Assembly: GCA_010356995.1 (NCBI GenBank)
Contig: ML996699.1
Span: forward strand, 465,697 to 529,696
Length of the DNA: 64,000 nucleotides
Origin: Trichodelitschia bisporula
Lineage: Eukaryota
Reading direction: 5' to 3'
The notes under the pieces are model-generated. The model searched no databases. It was not told the origin of the DNA and was given only the letters and a program-made list of their open reading frames with translations. Position numbers and translations under genes: made by a program. Shown here in pieces: positions 11,842 through 23,429 of this stretch. How positions within the stretch are numbered: position 1 is the first letter of the stretch; every line of letters starts with the position of its first letter.

Positions 11842-13519
11842 TTAATCGGACATCTCTTCGAATCGTCCCTCTTGCACCGCCTGCTCGACCGGGTTCCTCA
11901 CATCCACCACGCCAGTCGCCTTAAGCCTACACACAACACGTTAACAACCCACCAGCAGCACATACGAACCCACGCGAACAGACCCAAGAAAATACGCTTC
12001 TCATACCTCTCAAACAACACGAACAGTCGCTCTGCTTCGCGCTCTTTCTCTTCCATTGTCATCTCAACATCCGGAGGCCCGGGCTCCGCGTCGAGTCGCT
12101 GTCCTGTCACGGGGTTAATGGCTGCGCCTACACGGTCCGTTCCAGCTCCAGAGCCCATGTCCGGGACCGGTAGATTCTGGCTCATCAGGAAGCCTGATGC
12201 GTAGCCGAAGCCGATATTTTGCACAAAGGTCGCCGGGTCAGAGTCTGACACCTCGAAGAGAAGGAAGGACACTGAGTTGCGCAACGTAGGCATGGACGCC
12301 GAGGTGGTGAGTCGGAGAAGGCGAGATGACAGGCCATCGCCCTTGCCGAGCGGCTTGGTGCGGTCGGCATCCGAGGGGAGTAGACTAGCCTGGACTGATG
12401 CCTTGACTGCATCCGGGGCGTGCATATAGACATTGCGCAGCAGGGACACAGCCGGCGTAACTATCTGCTCGAGCTCGGACTCGGGATAATTGGTCAACGC
12501 GGAGGACAGGATGTTCGCCAGGCGGTCGACAACGCTTGTTGGGTTGCTGGAGGGGAAGAGGGCCCCGATGCTCGCCGCATCGTTGAGGTCAAGGTTGAGG
12601 AGTGCGTTGATGACACCACTTCGAGGCTGATCTAATGGCTTTCTCGGGGGGTTGGGTGCTAATAGAATGCCAACGAGGCTTGGGACGGCCGCGGAGAAAT
12701 CGGGTACGATGCTCGTGCTAAAGTGCGTAATGTTGAACAGCAGTTTGCACGTGTCACCCAAGGCCATGTTGTCCATCAGGGAAAGCGGCTTCGCTGCTTG
12801 GTAAAGTTTTGCGTGGCGAGCTAGGCACTGCACCATGAGCCAGACTCCGGTATCTCCGGAGACATACCTGATTGATGTTCGCTGCAAGATTATGCTTGCG
12901 GACTAGAGCATCGTAGTCCACCGTGGTTCCATACGTGAGCAGGAACAATATCCTGGAAGCGAGAAACTCGTCGTCGCTATTATCCGTCTGCTCCCGTTAG
13001 CTGAAGCTCCAAACCGTCATTTCTATGAAGACAAACATTCAGATACTCTGCCAACCGGGGTGCGTAATCCAGCTCGGCCAAATATGTCCGGCACTGTTCC
13101 TTTAGCAGCAGCGCATTCGCAATACATCGCAACGCCTCCCTCCGCGCACCAGACTCGTTATGCGCCTTGAACGCATGCGCTGCCAGCACTTCGATGCCCT
13201 GAAGATCAGCTTTATGATCAAGATAGGTACATCACGCACCATTTTCGAGTAAATTGGGTCTGCAAATTGAACGCTCCGTCCATAGACCTTGAGATGACCC
13301 AGCAAACTCTCACGCTCTGCACTTGGTTAGCTGCTATGTTCTTGGAGAGTCCGAAGGGTGCCATACCTTTGCTCGAGAGCCTCTTCTCCGTCAGATCTAC
13401 GGACAGTTTGCCCAGAAGCTCTTTGATTTCGTCCAGTTTCGCTACGCCTGTTAAGTACGCCTCCATGGCCGCATAAACGGCCACTTACCTGGACCAGATT
13501 TATCCCCCGTAGCCTCCAT
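11842..13519 (-). CDS. RIC8: Ric8/synembryn G-alpha guanine nucleotide exchange factor (multi-exon)
   Basis: EALRCIANALLL, SRILFLLTY, FVQNIGFGYASGFL, INPVTGQRLD, MTMEEKEREAERLFVLFERLKATGVV. Several short GT-AG introns. Confidence 0.92.
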
Positions 13520-14097
13520 CCTGAATTCGCTTCTCGTAGTCCAAGCCAAAGCTCGCAAGGCAGCTTAGTAAAGGTTGGCGGGTTAGGCGCGCTTCACTTG
13601 GGTGTGAAGCTGTGCATCAGCGGACAAAGGAAAAGAAAACTCCGAGTTACGTCCACAGATATGGGCGACGACTGTTGTGTTGTTTCGCACACTTCTGCCC
13701 TTCTACACGTATGCTTCGTGCTTGGACTTTGGCGGGGTGCTGCCGGCCGTAGGCATGAAAGTGCGAGGGGAACGTAGCACACGCAGCTTGCCTCACAACA
13801 ACCCCCGCATGTGACGCCTTGGCAGGCGCGCTGCAATACAAAGCGGTTAACGGCTGGTACTGTAGGAAGGCCAGAGACGGGATGACGAAGCTCGCTGTCT
13901 GTAGCTATTTTCCTAAACTGATGAGGCGCATTGGAATACTTTTGCTGCATCTTCACATCGTCTACTTGGAATTAGGTGCAAAATGAGATGTCGTTCTATG
14001 ACATTGAATGTACCGTATACTATGCATCTAAGCATCGCATCTATCCTAGCGACAAGTAACACCAAACACCCCGCATCCAAATGGTATCCCTGAAGCT

Positions 14098-15516
14098 TCA
14101 AAGCCCGTCCTTCCCTCGCTCATACCCATCAACGTCATACTCCGCCGGATACCGCTCCAGCACATCCTTCAATGCCGCAATCTGCTGCTCCTGCTCCTCC
14201 GTCACTTCCTCATAAACATCCTCGAACATCAACCTCAACGCCGGCAGCTTCTCCCTCTCCGCGCGCCCAAACGCTTCGAGCACCGCCTTCTTAACCCGCG
14301 TCTGCTCCTCCCTTTCCAGCTCCTCGTTCCACAATCCCCGGGCCTCCATCCACTTCCTCAACCGTACAATCGGATTATCCCGTCGTTTCCAGCTCTCTAC
14401 CTCGCGCACCTCGCGATACTTGCTGCTGTCGTCGCTCGTGCTGTGGTGCGCTACGCGATAGCTCATCGCCTCAACAAGCACCGGCCTGTTCTCTCCCTGC
14501 AGCGCCAACTCCCTCGCCTTCGCCGTCGCCTCCCGTACCGCGAAAACATCATTCCCATCGACCCGGATCGTATCAATGCCATACCCGACACCCCGCGACG
14601 CAATCCCGTCACCGCGGTATTGCTCCAATGTAGGCGTACTGATCGCAAACCCATTGTTGCGACAGAAGAAGATGACGGGGCACGAGCGCGTCGCCGCCAC
14701 ATTAAGCGCAGCGTGAAAATCGCCCTCGCTCGCCGCCCCCTCGCCGAAATAGCAGCACACGACGCGCTCCTTATTCGTCTCGGGATCAAGCTTATGCGCT
14801 AGCTTAAGCGCGTATGCTGCGCCAGCAGCCTGCGGGAGCTGTGTCGCGAGAGGTGAGCTGATGGTATGAATATTCAGCTTCGCGCTTCCGTAATGCACAG
14901 GCATATTCCGTCCCCTCCCCTCATCCAGGCGATTCGCAAAAAGCTGGTTCATGAACCCATCGAGCCCAAACCCGCGGTACTGAAACACGCCGGCCTCGCG
15001 GTACTGCGCGAAGACAACATCCGCAGGATCGAGCGCGCTGGCCGAGCCAACGGCAATGCCCTCCTCGCCCGCCGACACCATGTAGAAGCTCAGGCGCCCC
15101 TGGCGCTGGGCTTGGTACATGATGGGATCCATGACGGACACCACTATCATGTCCTTGTAGATCTTGAGTACCTCTTCGTCGGAGATGTCGGGTTGTGCGC
15201 GCGATTTGTCGACCAGCTCCCCGTCCTGGTCCATCACACGGTATGTTGGCATGGCGGGCATGTCGCCCGGCCGCGCGAAGGCCATGACTGTCGTGAACTT
15301 CGAGTTGACTGCGCCGGGGAAATGCACCCTACACTGTCAGCTTGGTCCCAAGATGTAGACGGCCACGTACCTATCTGACCCGGGCTTCTGCGGCATGGAC
15401 TGAGCGCGAGCCTGGATCGCGGGAAGGACGAGACGGATACGCTCGGGGAATGTCTGGGGCATGTGGTAGAGACTGCATTGTCGCAAGAGCGGCCGTACGG
15501 AGCGGCGGAGCGACAT
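14098..15516 (-). CDS. Branched-chain 2-oxo-acid dehydrogenase E1 alpha subunit, mitochondrial
   Basis: QRQGRLSFYM, QYRE, GEGAASEGD (TPP motif), YRVAHHSTSDDS. Arg-rich presequence MSLRRSVRPLLRQC. One intron at about 15329-15370. Confidence 0.93.
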
Positions 15517-15882
15517 GATGTTTGGGGTGGCATAGCGAGAGTGGTGGAGGCGGGAATGCGCATAGTTTTGAGAGGCAAGGAGAAGTCGGCAATTCGCGGC
15601 TTAAGCAGGTTCAGCCCTGCTGATGCGACTAGGCCGGGTTTGGTTTCCCCGGACTCTAGGGACCGGGGTGGGGGGAAAGGGAGGGGAACAAAGAGAAAAG
15701 GAACATGGGAACTTCACGGGCTTAGGAATGGGCTTCAAGTTAAATTTGAAAGAGAATTTTCTACTCCGCAAGATAGCCTATCGAGACCGAAGCAAATTCG
15801 AGCACTAAGCGTCTACAACCATGATAGCTCTTAGAAAAGCTCGAATAAAGATGGCCACATCCGGATTCGGGATATTCTCAAT

Positions 15883-16954
15883 CTAGAGCAGGCTCTTGAT
15901 CAGCTGTCCACCTTCCCAGGCATCGCCGCCCTCCAGCTTCTGCCACCCGTCGATAGCACCGACTTCGACACAGAGCATGTTCTTGTATCCGTCCTGAGGA
16001 GCAAAGTCGCCCATGCCCTTGGCCTTCTCGATCCACGGGTTCCAGACTACGGTGTCGGAGAGGTTGTCACGAATGACATCGAAGCGCGGCGAACCACCTT
16101 CAAGAACCGACGTGGTATCCTGCTTGACGCCAATGTAGGCCCGGTCGACTTCACCGGTGATGGACAGTGAGGGCGTGGTCTGCTCGTGCTTCGTGGCGTT
16201 GAGCACCTTGTCGATGTAGGTCTCAGAACCAAGCCCGTTGATAGTCGTCTGAGAGATGTCCTTTGCACGTTAGCACTACTCCCTGGAGGACTTGAGCGAA
16301 CCTACGTTGACACGCAGATACGTATGGAGCAGGAACTGGAACTCAAACGCGCTCGAGCCCTCATTGCGCACCGTCATGATCGTGCGCAGACCCTCTTCGC
16401 TCAGCGTCACACTGTACACCAGACCAAAGTCGAGTGGCCACGCCTCGCGGAACTTGGCCGGCAGCGCCGAGCTGTACAGCCCGAAATCGAGCTTGACGCT
16501 GCTGGTCCCGCTTTCTGACTTCTCACTACCTAGGAACTCCCACCGGACGTTGCGCGCAAAGCCGTGCTGGGGAAGGGCGGAGGTAGCGTGATCCTTGATC
16601 GGGGGACCGAAGTTCTATTTGCCCGATCAGCACATGCATGAACTGGTATGGCCCGAAGACTCCATGACGCAGTGAGCGGACACAACAGCTACTTACTGGG
16701 AACACAATCGGGATGCCGCCGCGCACAGGCTTGCTACCGTCCCAGATTGCCTTCTCAGAAACCCAGACGTTCTCAGTTTTTCCACCTCCGTTCTTCCAGC
16801 TAGTGACGGTCGCACCATACAGCAGGACCTCGACAGTATCGCCATTTGGAAGTGTCGCGGAGACGGTCTGGCGCTTCTCATCAATGTCGACGGTCGCGGC
16901 CGGAAGCTTTTCGCCGGGCGGCAAGATATTGGACGGTTTGTGACGACGATCCAT
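15883..16954 (-). CDS. Glucose-6-phosphate 1-epimerase (aldose 1-epimerase family)
   Basis: LYGATVTSWK, RGGIPIVFP, LPQHGFARN, FQFLLHTYL, GEVDRAY, DTVVWNPW, MLCVE. Introns at about 16614-16695 and 16262-16306. Confidence 0.9.
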
Positions 16955-17802
16955 AACTGCGGTGCGGAAAAGGGTTGATGGCGTGAGTGGTAGTGGCGTG
17001 GGAGGAGTAATGAGCAGGTCAAGGAGGGGTGGTGCTGATAATGCGGGGTACTGGACGCGGGGCTAGTCGTACGGTAGCTCTCAGGAAGGTGCGATGCACA
17101 GATCGATGCACAGTGAATCGTCAAAGTCGTCGAACAACGTTGATCAAACTAGATACTGAAAAGGAAACGCCACTCGGAGAACAATCGACGACAATTCAAG
17201 GTCAAGCTTTTGACGCCGCATGCAGTCTCTCGGTACTTATAGAACTCTGCTGTACAAGAAACCACGCACCTTCTGCTTCCCCCCACCAACCCACGCCCCT
17301 GCGCCAAGTCCGGAGCTCATTGGTGAATGCTCGACCATTGGATGGCACACGCCCTGCCCTGCTGGTGACAGTCCATTCAGCGGCTGCAGAGCGTCTTTTG
17401 AAACGACTATGGGGAGCGCCTTGCAGATTGGGGGAAGCGTGGAAGGGTGATGGGCGTGACGGGCGTCGTCAAAAGAAATATCGGAAGTTTTCGGGCGGCC
17501 ATGTGGACGATGCAAATAGAAACCAATGTCAAGGTGCAACAAAAAAAGCATATGTAGCGCACAAGCTGCTGAAGCTTGCATAGCTGTTACGGGAGATCAT
17601 CTAGTTACAGTTCGTGAACGCTCAATGTGATGTGTATCGTGCTGTCCTATGTCATACGCTGGTGCGGAAAACAAAATCCTGTACTCCAGTGAAAAGGCAA
17701 ACGCCCCAACCCATATGCACCTGCCTTGTGATCCAGTCGATATCTCACACTCAACTCAGCTCGTAAAAAGATGTGAATCCCGCATGCCACATTCTGCAGG
17801 AA

Positions 17803-20800
17803 CTAAGCGTCATCTTTGCCGTTCCTCAAAACTTCCTTCTTCATGTCGAAAAGCAGATCGTCGATTTCACGCTGCTCTTGGGTTCCAAAGACCATCTGTT
17901 GACAGTCTGTGAGGATGCCCTTGAGGCGAGTGATGATGCTGCGCGGGTGGAGAATGCGGCGCATGACATTGGCAGCAGAGGGACCACTCTCCTCGGCAGG
18001 CGTCTGCGCCTGAGAGTCAGAAGGAGTCGAAGCCTCAACCACGATGTCAGCCTGGGCCTCCTCAACACGCTCAAAGGAGAGCGAGGAGGGAATCGTGACG
18101 GATTCGGCGTACAGGACCCGCCGCTTCTTCCTAGCATGCTCCTTCGTCTGGGGAGATTCGACGCTATCGGCGGGGGTGGCGACATTGTCCGCGAAGTCAG
18201 CCTTGCGCTTCTCGCGAAGAACCGATTTCTTGGCTTTCTTGATCTTGACGTCGAGATGGCGCGATGGACGATCTGGCGTATCCTCCTTGTCGTCCTTGTT
18301 GGTAGAAGCCACAGCCGGCGCATCTGAGATGTCGAGTTGCTTCGAAGCAGTCGCATGCTCATCCGCTGGACCTGCCGGTCGAGTTCTAGCTGGCGTGTGA
18401 GACTTGCGCCCCTTACGCCCACGCCACAGAAGGTCGTCCGGGCGCGAGAGAGGTTTGTCCACGATCGGGATGTTATGCAAGCGGGACGAGCGCCGATGCG
18501 CGATGTTGTCGATGCTCGTACTCTTCGAGCGCTCGAGCTGGGGCTCCTTCTCCACCGCAGAGTCGGGAACGAAGTCCTCGTGGGACGCGGAAGAAAAGCG
18601 TTTCTTCCCCTTCATCTCAGTCGTAGAAGGGGAAGCTTGAGTGTCGTCCGGCTCCTCGGGTTTGACGGGTTCCTCCGCAGGAAGAACCTTAGGCTCCTTC
18701 TTCAATGTTTCTTCAAAGACGGACTTCAGGCGATCAGCGATCCCGGCGGATGTGTTCTTCCTCGAAGCACGTTCATCAGGCATTTCAACGCGGATGTTTT
18801 CGCGCAAATCCGCTTTGTCGCCGTCAAGGAGGTTCTTCATCGGAGAGGAGCTCCAAGAGGGTGGAGTGGCGGATGTGACTGTTTTCTTCGGTGAATTTAT
18901 GTTCTTTGGTGAAACCGCCTTCAATGGTGAGGCCGAATTCACAGTCGCAGCGGCCTTCTTTTTGGCGTTGCGAGGCTTCTCCTTGGCAAGGATATCGACA
19001 GAGTGTATAGCCGACGGGTTCGCCTCTTCCGCGCAAACGGACCGTTCAAGGAAGGAGCACTCGACCACGTTGGTACTCTCAGTTGCGAAGAAATGGTCTT
19101 CCAACGAGGGTTGTTGTCGGTTCGGGAAGGAGCTTGGCGCTCCGTTTTCTGCCGCCGAGTCCTGAACCAAGGGATGGTTTTCCTGCATTTCCGATATCAG
19201 TTGCTGGCTCACAAATTCCGGAGGGCTCTCCTGAGGCACAACATCCTGTCCGATGTCACCGTTGGCGGCCACAGCCAAGCCTTCGTCGTTGTCATTCGGG
19301 TGGTGATATTCCACATCCTGCATTGGGTCCCAATCCTGAATCTGGCCAATATCTTGGGCAGTGTCCACATCGGCGTCATCCGGTTGAGCTTGGGCTTGGA
19401 CAACGCCGTCGTCCACCATACGCGGAGGCGAAGAGGGCAATTCCGTGTCTTCATAGTTCGGCTGACCAGATTGGTCCGTATTGGCGCGCACCTCTTCATC
19501 CCAGTGGGCCGACGCTTGGGCGTCGCTCCGGTTTGATGTGCCGCGAGACGGACTAGAAGGCAATGACGCGACATCACTGCTGATAGGATCGGAATCCACC
19601 GCCTGAATACCATCGGACCGTAGGCGCTCGACAAAGGAATTTGGCGCGCTGTGCCGCTCCGTAGACAACGATGTGTTTGCCGCACACTCGATCGGCGGGG
19701 ATGACTGAAGTCCCATCTCGTTTAGCAAGTTCGCTTCGCAATTTTCGGCTTCGTGATGCTGGCCACGTTCGTTGAGTTCCGGTATTGCTGGCACCGGGAA
19801 TGCTGGCAAAAACAACTGGATCTCCTCCTTTGCCTTAATAAAGGCTTCGATCAATTCTTCAGGGTACTGGAGCGTACTTTGAACGCCAAACGTCTCATTC
19901 CACAGGGCTGCAAGAGGCCCACGAATATGCCGGTGACGACAAGAAAATCCGGCACCCAAGAGAATAGAGAAGGTCCGGAGCGTTGAGCTGTCAATCGGAG
20001 ATTCCCGAATGATGACGAGGATATAGTGCCACAGCTTAGAGATCTGCCGAGTCAGAAAGTGCATTGTAGGAAGTAATCGTACGAAAATTACCTCTGTGAA
20101 GAGTCTCTCTCCAGACCGATCCCCACCAAGGAATATAAGGTTCTGCATATCAAGCATGCTCACAATACCGTCCTGAATGTGTTGCAGAACAATCTCCGGA
20201 GAAGGATAATCCCGTCGGAGGTACCTGGAGACGATTTGGACAAAAGCGATGGCCTCATCTTTGCTCAATTTCAACTGTTCAGGAGCCAGACCTTTGCTCA
20301 CGAACCTGAGGCAGGTGTTGATTAAGGAATATACCGCCGCGTATGGGTCGTTCTTCGATGGTGCAGTGCCCCACAGTTGAGTGTGTGCAAGACGAATGCT
20401 TTTGATGCGAGGCCGGTCATCTCCCTCGATCACTAGTTGCGCCAGCTTGAGGCGTATCGACCGAGCAGCACCGTTGGTCTTAAAGTATCGTTCAAGGAGC
20501 TCTGCAAATGGCTCCGTGATAGTGAGAAACGCCCCAGCTTCGCCAATTTCGCTCTTCGCGAGCTGGAGAAGACTGCCATAGCCTAGATCGGTATCCTCGG
20601 GCAAATAGGGGAATAACCCGCCGATGATATGCTGGACTAGCTCGTAGTTTTGGCTAATGGTACCAACATTCTCCTTGTCCTGAAAGAGTTCGACGATACG
20701 TCGCAAAATGGATTCAGCGACGGGTGTGGCACCTGGCAGCTTGCCATCCACTTTTGAGAACTCGCGAGTGGTGACGTCGCTCAAGTCGGCCAGAAAGACA

Positions 20801-23055
20801 AGCTTCGCCGTTTTCGTAAGCCGCTCCGGGAGGAATACTCGGACAAGGTGCTTCCATTTCTCGAAGTCATGCGACTCCCTCGAGAAACCACGTCCAAGTT
20901 TGCCAGCAAACAGTCCAAGCAGGAATGATGCAGGCGACAACATCGACTTTGAGCGCGACGGAGTTGACGCCACAGGAGTGGTGTCTAACCCGTCCGCCAA
21001 GAATTTCTCCAACCAGATAGAATGGTGAAGGCTGTTCACACCCAAAGCAAGAAAGGAAATGAAGCGGCTGAACATCCTCGGCTTCTTCTCGGCACTCAGG
21101 TACAGGCGGTGCATCAGACGCGTAATTTCTGCCATGGCGCTCCGTAACTCGGCTGACGGAGTAATTTCCTTACTGCTTGCATCCTGTAGAGCTTCCATGA
21201 GGCACCGCCACATCTCGTTCACTTTCTTGCGGGAACCATGGGGAGCAACGGTGCCGACCGTGTGTATGATCTTTGCAAACCTTGAACGGATGAACTTGGG
21301 GCTCAACTGGGCAAGGGCGCCAGGTGGCATCGCGGAATCCACCAAAGCGGGCGAATCTGTCCAATCCGAGCTGGATCGGAAAAGGCATGCCAAGATAGTG
21401 CAGATGTTGTCCAAGTGCTGGTCCCCTCCCGGTTCCCATACCGCAACTATGTTGGCGACGTAATGTTGCCAGTAGAAATCGAGCTGTTCGAAGCTCGCAG
21501 TGGGCCGGAGAGCGTAGTAGAGCAGGTACGTGTAGCTGCCCAGAACCATGGATGTATCATCAGCTTCCCAATTCGAACCTTCAGGGCCCGATTGCTTGAA
21601 AAACTCCGATGGGAAGGGAATGCGGAGGGAACTGCGAATGAATTGAGGTGTCGAAAGATCGGGCTTTGTCACAAAGATGAACCGATTCCAGGCCTGAAAT
21701 GTTTGCCTCTTTACCATTCGGTCAGGGTGGTCGAAGCATTCTGAGATTATCGGAAACAACAAGTTCTTGTTGCGCTGCATCCAGGAGCCCGAGTCAGATC
21801 CCTTCAGGAAGTAGATCAGCACGGCCCAAAGCTGGGGTGCAATAAGTCGTTTGTCCTCCAATTTGAGGTTCGCAGACATTCTCTGCATCAGCGTTTCTCC
21901 CAAGGTAACACCGTCCTCTGGGTCTTCCAGCATCAAGTTGACATCGCGGATGGCTTTTTTGTTGGTTCCAAAGGTCTCGCCTGCCCGAAGGGCACATTCG
22001 AAGCTGGCACGTGCCGTGTCCGTCCGGTCGTTGCGAAGCATGTATTCCAGCAAGATTCCAAACCATTTCGCAAACGTAGGGGTCATATGTGAAGGAATCT
22101 GTTCAACCATCTTGCGATAGACCCGGATACGCCTTATATGTAGGCCCTGGGCCGGTACCCGCCGATCGATCTTGTAGAGAATGTTCGATAACCGCTGTGC
22201 CCGGGTGGACGTCCAAACACTGGGAGAGAAAGTCTGCAGGGCGAGAAGCTCCAGGAAAGAGTAGACCATGGTCTTGGAAATGTCGTTGTCTGCAAGCTTC
22301 TCCAAGATATGATCTAGCAGTCGGCTGCATTGGCTCGTATCGAGCATGGGCCTGATGTCGGGAACGCGGATGAGGCAGACGAGCACCTTGATCGCATATG
22401 ACACGATTGGCATAGCAGGTGCGCCTGTACCCTCGACCGTAAGCTGAATATCCCTCAAGCTGCTGTCCAGGAGGGAGTCGATCGACTCCTTGAGGCTTTC
22501 AGCCTGCGGGATGCGCTCGTACGATTTCATCGTTGTCAGAATGGACATATATGCGTCTTCCCGACCCTTGACGCTGCCGGATTCCAAACTCTTCGCCTCA
22601 TAGTCAAGAATTGCGGCTAGATTATCGAAGGAGTACGCCGGGCGCGCCTCGCGTGCAGGTTGGACTTGCGTGCTCAGCGATGATGGAGTGGATTTGAAAG
22701 GCTTGAGTATCGACTTTGAAGGTGAAGACAGTAATGCCGAAGGAGACAGAGAAATTGACTGCTGGGAGGCGGCATCAAGCGGAGTATGAACACCCCAATC
22801 GCCCAGTGGCGCGAAGCTCACGCGCTTGAGACGCTGAGATGATGGGAGCGCGGCTGACGATGGGACATGTAAGGACTCAGAGCGAGGGCGTTTTGGAGTC
22901 GCATGAGGTGCTGGTTCAACTTCAAAGGCGCTCTCGAGAAAATTGACAGTATCATCCAGGGACTTTTCAACATCATCATCGAACGGGACCGAGGCTTTGG
23001 GAGGAGTAGGCGGTCGAGGAGGACCACTCAAGGAGTCCAGGAGTGGTGACTCCAT
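17803..23055 (-). CDS. RIF1: Telomere-length regulator / replication timing factor Rif1
   Basis: About 1730 aa. N-terminal PP1-docking KRVSF and SILK motifs, a HEAT-like core, LWNETFGVQSTLQYPEEL, and a disordered C-terminal half. Intron 20044-20091. Confidence 0.85.
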   Translation of the reverse strand: MESPLLDSLSGPPRPPTPPKASVPFDDDVEKSLDDTVNFLESAFEVEPAPHATPKRPRSESLHVPSSAALPSSQRLKRVSFAPLGDWGVHTPLDAASQQSISLSPSALLSSPSKSILKPFKSTPSSLSTQVQPAREARPAYSFDNLAAILDYEAKSLESGSVKGREDAYMSILTTMKSYERIPQAESLKESIDSLLDSSLRDIQLTVEGTGAPAMPIVSYAIKVLVCLIRVPDIRPMLDTSQCSRLLDHILEKLADNDISKTMVYSFLELLALQTFSPSVWTSTRAQRLSNILYKIDRRVPAQGLHIRRIRVYRKMVEQIPSHMTPTFAKWFGILLEYMLRNDRTDTARASFECALRAGETFGTNKKAIRDVNLMLEDPEDGVTLGETLMQRMSANLKLEDKRLIAPQLWAVLIYFLKGSDSGSWMQRNKNLLFPIISECFDHPDRMVKRQTFQAWNRFIFVTKPDLSTPQFIRSSLRIPFPSEFFKQSGPEGSNWEADDTSMVLGSYTYLLYYALRPTASFEQLDFYWQHYVANIVAVWEPGGDQHLDNICTILACLFRSSSDWTDSPALVDSAMPPGALAQLSPKFIRSRFAKIIHTVGTVAPHGSRKKVNEMWRCLMEALQDASSKEITPSAELRSAMAEITRLMHRLYLSAEKKPRMFSRFISFLALGVNSLHHSIWLEKFLADGLDTTPVASTPSRSKSMLSPASFLLGLFAGKLGRGFSRESHDFEKWKHLVRVFLPERLTKTAKLVFLADLSDVTTREFSKVDGKLPGATPVAESILRRIVELFQDKENVGTISQNYELVQHIIGGLFPYLPEDTDLGYGSLLQLAKSEIGEAGAFLTITEPFAELLERYFKTNGAARSIRLKLAQLVIEGDDRPRIKSIRLAHTQLWGTAPSKNDPYAAVYSLINTCLRFVSKGLAPEQLKLSKDEAIAFVQIVSRYLRRDYPSPEIVLQHIQDGIVSMLDMQNLIFLGGDRSGERLFTEVIFVRLLPTMHFLTRQISKLWHYILVIIRESPIDSSTLRTFSILLGAGFSCRHRHIRGPLAALWNETFGVQSTLQYPEELIEAFIKAKEEIQLFLPAFPVPAIPELNERGQHHEAENCEANLLNEMGLQSSPPIECAANTSLSTERHSAPNSFVERLRSDGIQAVDSDPISSDVASLPSSPSRGTSNRSDAQASAHWDEEVRANTDQSGQPNYEDTELPSSPPRMVDDGVVQAQAQPDDADVDTAQDIGQIQDWDPMQDVEYHHPNDNDEGLAVAANGDIGQDVVPQESPPEFVSQQLISEMQENHPLVQDSAAENGAPSSFPNRQQPSLEDHFFATESTNVVECSFLERSVCAEEANPSAIHSVDILAKEKPRNAKKKAAATVNSASPLKAVSPKNINSPKKTVTSATPPSWSSSPMKNLLDGDKADLRENIRVEMPDERASRKNTSAGIADRLKSVFEETLKKEPKVLPAEEPVKPEEPDDTQASPSTTEMKGKKRFSSASHEDFVPDSAVEKEPQLERSKSTSIDNIAHRRSSRLHNIPIVDKPLSRPDDLLWRGRKGRKSHTPARTRPAGPADEHATASKQLDISDAPAVASTNKDDKEDTPDRPSRHLDVKIKKAKKSVLREKRKADFADNVATPADSVESPQTKEHARKKRRVLYAESVTIPSSLSFERVEEAQADIVVEASTPSDSQAQTPAEESGPSAANVMRRILHPRSIITRLKGILTDCQQMVFGTQEQREIDDLLFDMKKEVLRNGKDDA

Positions 23056-23240
23056 TGGTGGGGTGTGCGTTCAAGAGGTTGTCATGCGGGTTCTAACAAC
23101 GGAGTAGATAGTGAAATGAGTGTCGAGGTGAGGAAGAGGGGTCATGTGGGGAAGGAGAACAATGCTGAAGGTGGTGTTGGCACGCAGCAGTGAACATTCA
23201 GCCATGCAAATCACGAGCCCCCGCGACTGCCATGGTATTG

Positions 23241-23303
23241 ACGCGTGCGACGCGTTGCCAAGAAACGCGAAACCAATTAAGTGCGTCGCGTCCAGTACGC
23301 GAG
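23241..23303. promoter_or_regulatory. Cluster of MCB/SCB-like elements upstream of RIF1
   Basis: ACGCGT at 23241 and 23250, ACGCGAAA at 23265, TCGCGT at 23286 and ACGCGA near 23297; all 190-250 bp upstream of the RIF1 ATG. Confidence 0.6.
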
Positions 23304-23429
23304 CCAAGCATCGTAGTTGCACGGACCACTTCTAAAGTATATCCGTCGACTTGCGGTCCGTCCACATCTCTTCCAACATCTACATCCGTACGTAATACGG
23401 AGTATCTACGGATTACGTCCGAGCTGCCT

